Shown here: positions 28,288 to 41,068 of the stretch, in pieces
How positions within the stretch are numbered: position 1 is the first letter of the stretch
Layout of the letters: each line of letters opens with the position of its first letter
Assembly (NCBI GenBank): GCA_902551155.1
Contig: CACDBG010000002.1
Coordinates: 6,914 to 70,913 of the forward strand
Length of the DNA stretch: 64,000 bases
Direction: 5' to 3'
Origin: an uncultured Verrucomicrobiota bacterium
GTDB lineage: Bacteria; Verrucomicrobiota; Verrucomicrobiia; Limisphaerales; UBA1100
Position numbers and translations under genes: made by a program
Notes under the pieces: model-generated
Databases searched by the model: none
What the model saw: only the letters and a program-made list of their open reading frames with translations
Told to the model about the DNA's origin: nothing

Positions 28288-29232
28288 ATGTCAAATGAGA
28301 TCGAAAAAGTCACCGTTATAGGCTCTGGATGTGCGGGGCTTACCGCTGCCTTGTATACTGCGCGCGCTCAGCTAAAGCCTGTTGTTCTAACCGGAGCAAT
28401 GCCTGGCGGATTGCTTACCACTACAAGTGTTGTGGAAAATTTTCCAGGTTGGCCAGAAGGTATCGATGGAACCGAATTAATGATCAAACTCCAACAGCAG
28501 GCCGAACGATTCGGGGCCGAGGTGCGATTTGGTAGTGAGGTGGAAGCTGTGGACTTCAGTCAACGTCCTTTTAAAATGGTAGTCGATGGGGAGGAGATGT
28601 TTACACAGACATTGATTATAGCCAGTGGAGCTGGCCATCGCCATCTCGGGTTGGAAAGTGAAAAAAAACTTGATAAAAAGGGTGTTACCTATTGTGCCAC
28701 TTGTGACGGGGCTCTACCTATGTTTCGTGATCAACCCTTGGTTGTTGTAGGGGGTGGGGATTCCGCGTGCGAAGAGGCCACCTATTTAACTCGTTTTGCA
28801 CGCAAGGTGTATCTCGTGCATCGTCGTAACGAGCTCAGAGCCTCGAAGGTTATGGCTGCCCGCGCTCTCAATCACGAGAAAATTGAACCAGTTTGGGATT
28901 CGGAAATCACTGAGATTCTGGGTGAATCTGAAGATAAAGTTATGGGTGTTCGACTCAAAAATAATAAAACAAATGATGAAAGTGTAATCGACTGCGCCGG
29001 TGTCTTTATTGCTATAGGCCATGTCCCCAATACCCAGATTTTTCAAGGTCAAATAGATATGGATGAAGAAGGTTATATTATCCGCAAAAAAAATTCACAA
29101 ACGAGCGTCGAGGGTGTGTTTGTTTCGGGTGACTGTTCCGATAAAGTTTATCGTCAAGCTATTACCGCAGCAGGTATGGGCTGCGCAGCAGCAATTGAAG
29201 CGGAGCGGTTATTGGCCAGTGAGAACCAATAA
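28288..29232 (+). CDS. trxB: Thioredoxin-disulfide reductase.
   Basis: GSGCAG FAD motif, redox-active CATCDG, GGGDSACEEA NADPH motif. Confidence 0.94.
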   Translation: MSNEIEKVTVIGSGCAGLTAALYTARAQLKPVVLTGAMPGGLLTTTSVVENFPGWPEGIDGTELMIKLQQQAERFGAEVRFGSEVEAVDFSQRPFKMVVDGEEMFTQTLIIASGAGHRHLGLESEKKLDKKGVTYCATCDGALPMFRDQPLVVVGGGDSACEEATYLTRFARKVYLVHRRNELRASKVMAARALNHEKIEPVWDSEITEILGESEDKVMGVRLKNNKTNDESVIDCAGVFIAIGHVPNTQIFQGQIDMDEEGYIIRKKNSQTSVEGVFVSGDCSDKVYRQAITAAGMGCAAAIEAERLLASENQ

Positions 29233-29276
29233 AAATCGCTTTTTCCCTGTAATTAATGTAAAGGAAATTTAGGATC

Positions 29277-29942
29277 ATGAGTAGTCGCACCGCACAAATT
29301 GATCGAGCCACAGGAGAAACACAAATTTCCCTAAAATTGGAGATCGACGGAAAAGGTGAGTCATCAATTGAAACGGGTATTCCTTTTTTTAATCACATGC
29401 TCAGTCTTTTTGCTAAGCATTCAGTCTGTGACCTGCACATTAAATGCAACGGAGATTTAGATGTGGATTTTCACCACTCCGTAGAGGATGTGGGGATTAC
29501 TCTGGGGCAGGCTTATTGGCAGGCTTTGGGAGAAAAACGCGGCATTAAGCGCTATGGTACAGGTTTTGATCCGAGAAATCCTTTGTGGGGAGAAGCACAT
29601 TTACCCATGGATGAAACGCTCACAAGGGCGGTCGTGGATTTTAGTGGTCGGCCGTTTTTGATCTGGAAGGGAATGGATGGACTGGCATTTAAGGTTTTGA
29701 AGAGAGAAATAGAACAAGACGATGCTTGCCGATTTCGTTTTGGTTTAGCACGGGAGTTTTTTCAGGGGTTCTGTAATGAGGCACACTGTAATTTGCATGT
29801 AGAATTACTTTACGGACAAGAACCACACCACGTTGTAGAGGGCTTGTTTAAAGCCTTTGCAAAGGCTGTAGATATTGCCTGCCAAAAGGATCCCCGTATT
29901 GGTCGATCTGTTCCTAGCACTAAGGGCCGTCTTAGAGGTTAA
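29277..29942 (+). CDS. hisB: Imidazoleglycerol-phosphate dehydratase.
   Basis: RTAQIDRATGETQISL ... GIPFFNHML ... DFHHSVEDVGI ... HH.VE..FKA, the IGPD motifs. Confidence 0.92.
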   Translation: MSSRTAQIDRATGETQISLKLEIDGKGESSIETGIPFFNHMLSLFAKHSVCDLHIKCNGDLDVDFHHSVEDVGITLGQAYWQALGEKRGIKRYGTGFDPRNPLWGEAHLPMDETLTRAVVDFSGRPFLIWKGMDGLAFKVLKREIEQDDACRFRFGLAREFFQGFCNEAHCNLHVELLYGQEPHHVVEGLFKAFAKAVDIACQKDPRIGRSVPSTKGRLRG

Positions 29943-29954
29943 ATCTGCTATCGT

Positions 29955-30542
29955 ATGGATATCCTAAACTCATCGGATGATGAATTAGTTCGGTCAGCGC
30001 AGAAAGGCAGCATGGATGCTTACGAGGAGCTAGTACATAGGCACCGCGACAAAATTTATGCTAGAGCTTTCAGTATGCTGCGAAATGAAGATCAGGCTTT
30101 AGACATGTCACAGGAGGCCTGGGTGAAAGCGTGGCAGCGACTTGCGCAATTTAAACATAACTCCAGCTTCACAACTTGGATCACTCGTATTTGCATCAAT
30201 TTATGTCTGGACCTTATTCGTAAACGGAAACGTCAAAAACTTGATTCATTGGACAAATTGGAGGAGGAGTTGGGAGGGGTTGAACGCTTAATTGAAGAAG
30301 CTGAGGATTTCAATCCTACTGAGAAAATTGAGAGGGCTGAGTTGAGAGAAAGAATTGATTTAGCTTTGGCTAAGCTTAGCCACGAACATCGGACGGTCCT
30401 TGTTTTGCATGAGTTTGAACAAATGGAGTATAAGGAAATCGCCAAATCAATCCATTGCTCCATAGGCACCGTCATGAGTAGGCTTTTTTACGCTAGAAGA
30501 AAACTTGGGAAATTGTTAATTTCTTTGAAGAAGGAACGTTAA
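29955..30542 (+). CDS. ECF-type RNA polymerase sigma factor (sigma-70 family, group 4).
   Basis: Region 2 is YEELVHRHRDKIYARAF ... DQALDMSQEAWVKAW. Region 4 is HRTVLVLHEFEQMEYKEIAKSIHCSIGTVMSRL. Confidence 0.9.
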   Translation: MDILNSSDDELVRSAQKGSMDAYEELVHRHRDKIYARAFSMLRNEDQALDMSQEAWVKAWQRLAQFKHNSSFTTWITRICINLCLDLIRKRKRQKLDSLDKLEEELGGVERLIEEAEDFNPTEKIERAELRERIDLALAKLSHEHRTVLVLHEFEQMEYKEIAKSIHCSIGTVMSRLFYARRKLGKLLISLKKER

Positions 30543-30567
30543 AATTTAGTCGAAACAAAATAAAGGC

Positions 30568-31155
30568 ATGATCAGCAAGGAAGACCGACTGAAAATACAG
30601 GCGTGGGTAGACGGTGAATTAGCACCTCAGGAATCTGCTCAAATAGCGGATTTAATCGAAAACAGTCTAACTGCCAAGGAGCTGGCCAATGATTTAAGAG
30701 GAGTTCGGAAAGTTCTTAAAAATGGCGAAAAAACTGTAAAAATTCAAGATTCTCCCGAATTTTACTGGAATCAGATACAGCAGAAAATTGAATCTCTTGA
30801 TCATGTAACTGATAAAATGGACGAGAGGCTTGAATCAAAAACAACGCCTACAGCGCTTCAGTGGTTGATACCAATAGGCAGTTTAGCCGCTATTTCTGCA
30901 CTAATCATGCATTTTAATGACTCCGAAATTGGGCAAGGAGTAGATTCAGATGCTTTTAAGCCTGCTGAATCGATTGGTTTTCAGCCCAAAAGCGGTTTGT
31001 CAGAGGGAAGTAGTATAGGTTTAATAGAGGAGGAGGTATCTGAAGGATCAGAATTAGGTGTTTTTAGTTTTGAGGGTACGCAAATTGGCGGTGACCTGAT
31101 AAATCCTGAGGAAGCAGGAAGTCTTCCAGAATCAATAGAAAATCCAGAGCGATAA
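30568..31155 (+). CDS. Putative anti-sigma factor (single-pass membrane protein, non-zinc N-terminal domain).
   Basis: It lies immediately downstream of the ECF sigma gene. The N-terminus is LKIQAWVDGELAPQE, one TM is WLIPIGSLAAISALIM, and the C-terminus is acidic. Confidence 0.65.
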   Translation: MISKEDRLKIQAWVDGELAPQESAQIADLIENSLTAKELANDLRGVRKVLKNGEKTVKIQDSPEFYWNQIQQKIESLDHVTDKMDERLESKTTPTALQWLIPIGSLAAISALIMHFNDSEIGQGVDSDAFKPAESIGFQPKSGLSEGSSIGLIEEEVSEGSELGVFSFEGTQIGGDLINPEEAGSLPESIENPER

Positions 31156-31341
31156 TTCTCCATAGGTGATCAACCTAGGTTTTTTAATAGACTAATCGCA
31201 TCAATAAAACTTATTAACACACACTATATGGGGTCTGCCTCCGGCTTTTAGGCACCACATGTTGTGCTGTTTTTTTATTTCTGCATCGAATAAATTTGTA
31301 GAAAATATTCATTTTGACTATTTTCGCCTCTTGAGAAATAG

Positions 31342-33846
<2,505 letters not shown>

Positions 33847-33854
33847 TATCACCA

Positions 33855-36473
33855 ATGCCAAAGAAAAAGGGCTCCGAGGAATTGCCCATATCTAATACTC
33901 CTCTTTTTGCTGCAAATGAAAAAATTGCGCCGATCAATGTCGCTGATGAGATTAAGAATTCTTTTCTGGACTATTCCATGTCGGTCATCATTTCTCGTGC
34001 GCTTCCGGATGCTAGAGATGGCTTAAAACCATCACAGCGTCGCATTCTTTACGCGATGCATGAACTGTCTTTGTACCCCCCTAAGAAGCACTTCAAATGT
34101 GCCAAGATAGCTGGAGATACAAGTGGTAACTACCACCCGCACGGAGAAGCGGTCATATACCCAACTTTGGTGAATATGGCACAGCCTTGGTCAATGCGTG
34201 ACACTTTGGTGGATGGTCAGGGTAATTTCGGTAGTATTGAAGGGGATCCTCCTGCAGCGATGCGTTATACTGAGGCGCGGCTAACCCCTCTCGGGGGCTC
34301 GCTCATGTCCGATATGGACAAAGATACTGTTAATTGGGTTGCTAACTACGATGAGAGACTTATGGAGCCAACAGTTTTCCCGGCTTCTTTCCCAAATTTA
34401 CTTGTTAATGGGGGGACTGGTATAGCGGTAGGTATGGCTACTAATATGGCGCCACATAATCTCGGGGAGGTTATTGATGGCATATGTGCTCAAATAGATA
34501 AGCCGGATATTGATTTAAAGGGCTTAATGAAGCACATAAAAGGTCCCGATTTCCCGACGGGTTGCACTGTTGCTGGCCTCAAGCCGATAGAAGATTATTT
34601 TTCCACAGGAAAAGGGTCGGTTAAGGTGCGTGGTCGACTTGGAGTTGAGGAGATGCGAGGGGGGAAGTCACAAATCGTAGTTACAGAAATTCCCTATAAT
34701 GTAAATAGAGCAACACTTGTTGAGCGCATTGCCGAATTGGCTAACGAAAAAATTCTCTCTGAAATCACTGCGGTACGTGATGAATCAGATGAAAACACGC
34801 GCGTTGTCATTGAGCTCAAGCGTGATGCCGTCCCAAAAGTGGTCATTAACAATCTTTATAAGCACACACAGTTGGCTACTTCTTTCAGTGTCAATATGCT
34901 TGCCATCGATCACGGTAAGCCCAAAACATTGACGCTTAAGGAGGCCATCAATTGCTATATTGAGCATCGCCGAGAAGTTGTCGTTCGAAGGACGCGGTAT
35001 GAACTCGAAAAGGCGGAGCGTCGGGCAGAAGCTCTAGAGGGTTATATCATCGCACTTTCCAACCTAGATAAGTTTATCAAAATAATCAGAGACTCTGCCA
35101 ATCGTGAAGAAGCAAAAGTTAAACTAATGGCGTTTGATTTCACGAAGGCGGCCGTAGAGAAACTGGGAATTCTGATCCGGCATAATGCCAGGCTAGTGAA
35201 TGGTCGCTATGAGTTTAGTGAAGAGCAAGCCAACGCAATACTAGAACTTAGGTTATATCAGCTGACTGGCCTTGAAATTGATAAAATAAGGGGTGAGTAC
35301 AAGGAGTTGGTCAAAAAAATCAAGGACCTGCTTGATATATTGGCGAAAGAAGCCCGTGTGTTGGCGATAATCAAAGATGAACTGGCGGAGATAAAAGAAA
35401 AACACGCAACACCGAGGCGAACTGATTTGGCCCCAGATGAAGGCGAGATGTCCATTGAAGATTTAATCGCTAATGAGTCTGTGATGATCACTCTTACCCA
35501 CAATGGTCTTATTAAAAGGACTAATACCAGTGCCTTCAAAGCGCAACGTCGGGGGGGGAAAGGTGTTATCGGAATGAAAACCAGAAAGGCGACAACAGAT
35601 AAGGAAGCCAGTGATTTTATAGAACATCTTTTCCCGGCAAATACGCATGATTACTTGATGTTTTTCACAAATACCGGTCGGGTTTATGTCGAGCGTGTGC
35701 ACGAAATCCCGGATTTAGGTAGAGCTTCGAAGGGTCGTAGTATTGCTAATGTATTGGAACTGAAGCACGGTGAAAAAATCGCGGACGTTATTCGGGTAAA
35801 GGCTGTCTATGGTGAGAATAAGGAAGATTTAACGTGGCAGCAAGATAGATGCATTTTCTTCACCACTCGTTCAGGAACAGTTAAAAAGACAGCATTAAGT
35901 GATTTTGCAAATGTGAGGCGTGGCGGTATTATTGCTATTAAGATAGTGCCGGGGGACACTTTAATTGAGGCTCGCTTTACCACCGGCCATGACGATGTGA
36001 TTCTAGTTACGGCAGACGGCCAAAGTATTCGCTTTCACGAGGACGGCGTTCGGACGATGGGGCGTTCTGCAGCCGGAGTGAGGGGGATACGCCTTGGCAA
36101 GGATGACCATGTGGTCGCCTTATCAATCGTAAGCTCAGATGCTACACTGCTTGTTGCGGGAGAAAACGGAATAGGTAAGCGCACTGTTTTTGATGATTAT
36201 CGTGTGCAATCTAGAGGAGGGAAAGGCATTAAAACGATGAAGATTACCAAAAAAACCGGCAAAGTTATCGGCGGTTTAACGGTTCATGAAGGTGACGAGA
36301 TTATGCTTATTACGGTGGGCGGTCAAATGGTGCGTACTTCGGTAGATGGGATCCGGCAAGCGGGAAGAAACACTCAAGGTGTTCGCCTAGTTAATGTAGA
36401 CGAAAAGGATCGATTGCAGGACATTGCTCCAGTTGTTTCTGCTGAGCAGGAAGAGTCAGCCCAAGAAGAATAA
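33855..36473 (+). CDS. gyrA: DNA gyrase subunit A.
   Basis: YSMSVIISRALPDARDGLKPSQRRILYAM, the active-site region AAMRYTEARL, and the GyrA-box/beta-pinwheel repeats. It contains an in-frame G8 run at 35551-35558. Confidence 0.97.
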   Translation: MPKKKGSEELPISNTPLFAANEKIAPINVADEIKNSFLDYSMSVIISRALPDARDGLKPSQRRILYAMHELSLYPPKKHFKCAKIAGDTSGNYHPHGEAVIYPTLVNMAQPWSMRDTLVDGQGNFGSIEGDPPAAMRYTEARLTPLGGSLMSDMDKDTVNWVANYDERLMEPTVFPASFPNLLVNGGTGIAVGMATNMAPHNLGEVIDGICAQIDKPDIDLKGLMKHIKGPDFPTGCTVAGLKPIEDYFSTGKGSVKVRGRLGVEEMRGGKSQIVVTEIPYNVNRATLVERIAELANEKILSEITAVRDESDENTRVVIELKRDAVPKVVINNLYKHTQLATSFSVNMLAIDHGKPKTLTLKEAINCYIEHRREVVVRRTRYELEKAERRAEALEGYIIALSNLDKFIKIIRDSANREEAKVKLMAFDFTKAAVEKLGILIRHNARLVNGRYEFSEEQANAILELRLYQLTGLEIDKIRGEYKELVKKIKDLLDILAKEARVLAIIKDELAEIKEKHATPRRTDLAPDEGEMSIEDLIANESVMITLTHNGLIKRTNTSAFKAQRRGGKGVIGMKTRKATTDKEASDFIEHLFPANTHDYLMFFTNTGRVYVERVHEIPDLGRASKGRSIANVLELKHGEKIADVIRVKAVYGENKEDLTWQQDRCIFFTTRSGTVKKTALSDFANVRRGGIIAIKIVPGDTLIEARFTTGHDDVILVTADGQSIRFHEDGVRTMGRSAAGVRGIRLGKDDHVVALSIVSSDATLLVAGENGIGKRTVFDDYRVQSRGGKGIKTMKITKKTGKVIGGLTVHEGDEIMLITVGGQMVRTSVDGIRQAGRNTQGVRLVNVDEKDRLQDIAPVVSAEQEESAQEE

Positions 36474-36524
36474 GAAAATGGGCAGAGTATGCCAGCTCTG
36501 ATCCATCAATTATATAAGATTAAC

Positions 36525-37664
36525 TTACTGGCCTCTGTGTAGATAACTTAAGGCAATCACACTGTATGCACTTACTAGTGGCTTTTCATTTTCCCACCAC
36601 CGCGAAGCCTTTTTATTAATCCAGGAGCCATCCTGATCTTGCAGCCCCATCAATTTTAGGCCTACCTGTTTGCGCCAATCCACTTTCTTCCCGTTGGTTA
36701 GCTCAAGATTGTCTGCGCCGTAAACTGTTAGCGCTTTGGTCATGAGGTAATAATAATAGAATTGACCTTGCGCCCCCATGCCGGGGTTTTCCTCTAGAGT
36801 ATAGTTATCCTCCAGCCATTTTTTAACAGCCGTAATACGAGGGTCATCTTGTTTGAGATCAGCATAAGCATAACTAAGCATACCCGCATAACTAATGCTT
36901 CCGTAACTACGAAGAGCTGTCCTGCCTGACTCACTACCTTTTGCTTCACCGGCCATGCTTTTACCTGGAAAATAAATAAACCCGCCTTTGTTTTCAGGGT
37001 CGTCACTCGCCCAAGGCTGTTTGTTGTGTGATTTGAGATTTTGACAATTCTGGATAAAAGAAATAGCTGCTTTCCAGTTAAGGTCTGTTTTTGACTGGGG
37101 TGAATCCTTAGCGATATTACGACTATAATAAATGGCTTCTAGAGCTGTAAGGGTATTATTCAAATCACCATGAGGGTAACTGTTGCCGTAGCCCACTCCG
37201 CCATCTAACGGATGGTCTGTTTTGCCTTTAACCCCCAAATCCCATTGTTGACCAATTAGAAATCTACGAGCATTAAGAATCGTTGAATTATATTTTGCGT
37301 CCTCAGAAGCAAGCATGGCCATCATGCTTAATGCGGTATTGTAATTGGCTAAGCCCTTATTGGGAACATATATGCTGCCATTAGGCTGTACATGCTTAAG
37401 GATATATTGATAACCTTTTTCTACCCAGTCTGGAGTTGTCTTAAGCTTCTGCGGGTTGCCTTGATACGCCACAAGGGCTATTGCTGTTACTGCTGGATGA
37501 TCGGCATTTGTCCAGTAACCACCAGGGGATTGGCTTTTCTTGAGAAAGTCTATTCCGCGGTCAATTGATCGCTGCAGTTCGTTTTGAAAGGAAATGTCTG
37601 TTTGGCATAATGCGGGGAAAGAGAATCCGAGAATTATGATTAAATTTACGGTCAGTATTTTCAT
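36525..37664 (-). CDS. Secreted prenyltransferase/squalene-oxidase-repeat (terpenoid cyclase-fold) protein.
   Basis: Signal peptide, with repeated QxxxGxW-type motifs (KSQSPGGYW, VQPNGSIY, LQDQDGSW). Confidence 0.75.
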   Translation of the reverse strand: MKILTVNLIIILGFSFPALCQTDISFQNELQRSIDRGIDFLKKSQSPGGYWTNADHPAVTAIALVAYQGNPQKLKTTPDWVEKGYQYILKHVQPNGSIYVPNKGLANYNTALSMMAMLASEDAKYNSTILNARRFLIGQQWDLGVKGKTDHPLDGGVGYGNSYPHGDLNNTLTALEAIYYSRNIAKDSPQSKTDLNWKAAISFIQNCQNLKSHNKQPWASDDPENKGGFIYFPGKSMAGEAKGSESGRTALRSYGSISYAGMLSYAYADLKQDDPRITAVKKWLEDNYTLEENPGMGAQGQFYYYYLMTKALTVYGADNLELTNGKKVDWRKQVGLKLMGLQDQDGSWINKKASRWWENEKPLVSAYSVIALSYLHRGQ

Positions 37665-37678
37665 TGATGTATTTTAGA

Positions 37679-38155
37679 TTATTGTTTGATTTCTTTTCCA
37701 TCAGCATCCCATTGCTTCATCGATAGGACTTCGCCGTTTTCATACACAAGCTCTATCCTTTTTTTTCCACTGGCATACCATCCAGTTTCAACGCCTACTT
37801 GAATGCCTTTTTTGTATTCTCGCTTATAGTTGTAAGGGAAAGTTGGAGGCTTTCCGTTCTTTGGCTTATTCATTCCAACAACGAAACCAGTGTATGGATT
37901 CTCTTCGCCGCGCTTATACCATACTCCAGCTTCCAATAATCCAACTATATTTCCGTTATTATCACGCTTTTCCATTTCCATTAGTTTTACTGCAGGTATT
38001 TCATGCGGGTCTGGCTCTCTGTCGCCAGTGTTTTTACTTGGGGTTTGGGGCGCAGGGTCAGAGTTTGTAGCTGCGCGTTGAGAATTTGTTTCAGGAGGGG
38101 AACACGCCAGAAATGCAATGGTTAAGCAGGGTATTATCTGTATAATTTTTCTCAT
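37679..38155 (-). CDS. Lipoprotein with MORN-variant (YwqK-like) repeats.
   Basis: Lipobox LACS. GVWYKRGEENPYTG ... GWYASGKKRIELVYENGEVLSMKQWDADGKE matches the MORN-variant repeat pattern. Confidence 0.7.
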   Translation of the reverse strand: MRKIIQIIPCLTIAFLACSPPETNSQRAATNSDPAPQTPSKNTGDREPDPHEIPAVKLMEMEKRDNNGNIVGLLEAGVWYKRGEENPYTGFVVGMNKPKNGKPPTFPYNYKREYKKGIQVGVETGWYASGKKRIELVYENGEVLSMKQWDADGKEIKQ

Positions 38156-38186
38156 TAAGAAGGATTGCTGGTTGATTGTTAATTTC

Positions 38187-38870
38187 TTAATTATCTTTTG
38201 TCACCTTAATTAAAAGTGTCCCATTGGAATCTAGGGGCGGTAAATGCTTTGGTTGAGGGCGCCAAATATCATCATTTGCGCGACCAACACGCGGGTTGTT
38301 AAACTGCGCTGCGTTGTCAGTGATGAGTGATACTATAGATCCATCACTTTGGGCGAGGAACGCTCCTTCAAACATTCTTGAGCCGTTGAATATAAATGGC
38401 CCTTCCTTAACGGGTTTCCCGTCCTTGCGTGCTACAAATTTTTCTAATCTGAGATTTTTATTTGTTTTCTCCTCTTTCCAGAGAAGTTCTATTTCCACAG
38501 GCTCGCCCGGGATAGCCTTGCCTTCATCTTCAGGGATGAGTTTACCATCGCTTCCCTTGCAATTAAGAAGAAGCATAGCAACCTGCAGGTGGAATGGCTC
38601 AGCGCTGGTTACCAGGAGGCTTTCATGGGTTTTTCCTTTACCCGTAACCACAAGGTACTCAATAGGTCCTTCATTCATGTTTACCATGACTGGAAATGAT
38701 ATTTCCTTTTTTTTCTTGTTAAGCAGTACTGTGCCTACTTGAAGAATGCCCGGCGTGATCTCTTTTATGTTCGGCTTTTTTGGTGGCTCAGGCTTAAACG
38801 GGTCTTTTTCCTGTGCTGAAAGTAAAAAAGCACCGCACAGGACTATAATAGCAAGGGATATCCTATTCAT
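38187..38870 (-). CDS. Hypothetical secreted protein (possibly YdjY-like).
   Basis: I chose the start at MNRISLAIIVLCGAFLLSAQE (signal peptide) rather than the ORF-track start at 38924. The function call is weak. Confidence 0.65.
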   Translation of the reverse strand: MNRISLAIIVLCGAFLLSAQEKDPFKPEPPKKPNIKEITPGILQVGTVLLNKKKKEISFPVMVNMNEGPIEYLVVTGKGKTHESLLVTSAEPFHLQVAMLLLNCKGSDGKLIPEDEGKAIPGEPVEIELLWKEEKTNKNLRLEKFVARKDGKPVKEGPFIFNGSRMFEGAFLAQSDGSIVSLITDNAAQFNNPRVGRANDDIWRPQPKHLPPLDSNGTLLIKVTKDN

Positions 38871-38959
38871 AATTGTATAGCTCAAATGCTGCATAAGTTT
38901 TAGGTCAAATGCCATTAAATTCATCTGGTTTTTAATTCTCTAAAACCCCAAATTGGCGC

Positions 38960-41065
38960 ATGCACATATCTGAAAGGATAGCCTCACTGAATATATTGGC
39001 GCGTAATATTTGGTGGACCTGGAATCAAGATGCTCGGGAGATTTTCAGCGAACTTTCTTCGCGAACCTGGCAAAATGTATATCATAACCCGGTAGCGGTG
39101 CTGAGGGAAATATCTGAAACTGAACTACGCAACCGACTCCTTGATCCAAATTATCTTAAAAAAGTTGATCGAGTTCTTCAAGATTTTGATAATTATATGA
39201 ATCCATGTGGTACGTGGGTTTCGCAGTATTCCTCCGATTTACAGGATAAATCCATAGCATATTTTTCAGCGGAATTTGGCTTACATGAAACTTTACCAAT
39301 AGCTGCTGGAGGGTTGGGGGTACTGGCCGGAGATCATATAAAAAGCGCAAGTGATTTGGGGTTGGAGTTTAACGGAATCACACTCTTTTATAGGGAGGGT
39401 TACTTCCAGCAATCGATAAACCAGGAAAACTGGCAGACTGAATATTACAATCAGTTAAACCCAAAAAATCTGCCAATGGATACTGTTCTTAATAAACAAG
39501 GGGAGCCGCTTGTCTGTAATGTTGATATCGCATCCGATACCGTTTATTTTAGATCTTGGAGGATTAATGTTGGGCGTTGCCCGCTATATTTGATGGACAC
39601 AAATCTTCCGGAAAATAAACCGCATTATAGGGATTTAACTTTAAGGGTGTATGGAGGCGACAGCACAACACGAATTCAGCAGGAAATACTCCTAGGGGTG
39701 GGGGGCGTTAAGTTAATGAGGGCTCTAGAAATCCAGCCTTCGGTGTTCCATATGAATGAAGGGCATGCTGCTTTCTTGTCGTTCGAGCTAATAAAAGAAA
39801 AATTAATCAACGGCCAATCGTTCGAAGCCGCAATGAAAGAAACACGAAGCGAATGCATTTTCACAACCCATACTCCGGTCCCAGCTGGCCATGATCGTTT
39901 TGACTCCGAGCTAATGCTATATGCACTAAGTTCTTACGAGAAACACCTTAATCTTTCTCATGAAGAACTCATGGGCTTAGGTAGATTAGATTCGGACGAT
40001 ACCAAGGAGACATTTTGCATGACTGTTTTAGCATTAAATACTTCAAAGCATGCGAATGGAGTCAGTGAGCTTCATGGTTCGGTTAGTCGAGAAATGTGGA
40101 AGGACAAATTTAAACTACCAAAAGAGGAAGTGCCCATCGGGCATATCACTAATGGTATCCATCTCCTTGGCTGGATGAGTGCTCCAGCCCGGAATCTATG
40201 GCAGGCTAAAACAGGAGACACCGGTGTGTTTTACGAACAAATAAATACACCTGAATTCTGGGCTAAGGCGGAGGATTCTAGTTTTGTGTCGGATGAGGAA
40301 CTTTGGGCACTACGATATCGGCTTAGGCGTGAGTTGATTGATTTCACGAGAAATAGGCTTATTGGTGCACCTAAATCTAGGGAAGGCGATTTTATTTCTT
40401 ACGATCAATTGCTTGATGCCGATACCCTTACCATTGGGTTCGCGCGCCGATTTGCCACTTACAAGAGGGCTCCGCTCATTTTTGACAAGCTAGACAAGGT
40501 TGTGAAATTGGCTAAAGACTATGAAAGACCAGTACAATTTATTTTCGCTGGCAAAGCGCACCCCGCAGATGATGAAGGCAAGCGTTTCATTCAAAAAATT
40601 GCGCACTTATCAAAGCAAAGCGGACTATCCGGCCACCTAGTTTTCATTGAGAACTACGATATAGAAATTGGACGAATGTTGGTTGGGGGTTGTGATGTCT
40701 GGTTAAATAATCCCCGCAGGCCCATGGAAGCTAGTGGGACTAGCGGCATGAAAACAGCCGCACACGGAGGGCTGAATTGCAGTATTATGGATGGATGGTG
40801 GCGTGAAGTGTTCGATGGAGATAATGGTTTCTCTATAGGAGATGACGGTCACCCTGATGATATAGAAGAACAGGATCGTGTTGATAGTGAAAACCTTTTC
40901 CGTGTGCTTTCTGAGGAAGTAATTCCAACATTTTATAACCGAGATGCTAACGGAATTCCTCGCGCTTGGATTAAGAAGATCCGTCACGCTATGGCTACGA
41001 TTGCTCCACGATATAATACGTGGCGAATGGTCCAGGATTATTCAGAAAAATATTACAAATCTTGA
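38960..41065 (+). CDS. glgP: Alpha-glucan (glycogen/maltodextrin) phosphorylase, GT35.
   Basis: 701 aa. AYFSAEFGLHE..LPIAAGGLGVLAGDH, and the PLP-lysine region EASGTSGMK. Confidence 0.92.
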   Translation: MHISERIASLNILARNIWWTWNQDAREIFSELSSRTWQNVYHNPVAVLREISETELRNRLLDPNYLKKVDRVLQDFDNYMNPCGTWVSQYSSDLQDKSIAYFSAEFGLHETLPIAAGGLGVLAGDHIKSASDLGLEFNGITLFYREGYFQQSINQENWQTEYYNQLNPKNLPMDTVLNKQGEPLVCNVDIASDTVYFRSWRINVGRCPLYLMDTNLPENKPHYRDLTLRVYGGDSTTRIQQEILLGVGGVKLMRALEIQPSVFHMNEGHAAFLSFELIKEKLINGQSFEAAMKETRSECIFTTHTPVPAGHDRFDSELMLYALSSYEKHLNLSHEELMGLGRLDSDDTKETFCMTVLALNTSKHANGVSELHGSVSREMWKDKFKLPKEEVPIGHITNGIHLLGWMSAPARNLWQAKTGDTGVFYEQINTPEFWAKAEDSSFVSDEELWALRYRLRRELIDFTRNRLIGAPKSREGDFISYDQLLDADTLTIGFARRFATYKRAPLIFDKLDKVVKLAKDYERPVQFIFAGKAHPADDEGKRFIQKIAHLSKQSGLSGHLVFIENYDIEIGRMLVGGCDVWLNNPRRPMEASGTSGMKTAAHGGLNCSIMDGWWREVFDGDNGFSIGDDGHPDDIEEQDRVDSENLFRVLSEEVIPTFYNRDANGIPRAWIKKIRHAMATIAPRYNTWRMVQDYSEKYYKS

Positions 41066-41068
41066 AGT

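Noticed and set aside
38296-38742. A 148-aa plus-strand ORF lies opposite the YdjY-like gene, and a similar 147-aa minus-strand ORF lies at 52030..52473 opposite the gldF-like gene.
   Set aside because: Both are antisense shadows of better-supported genes, with no start-site context or motifs.
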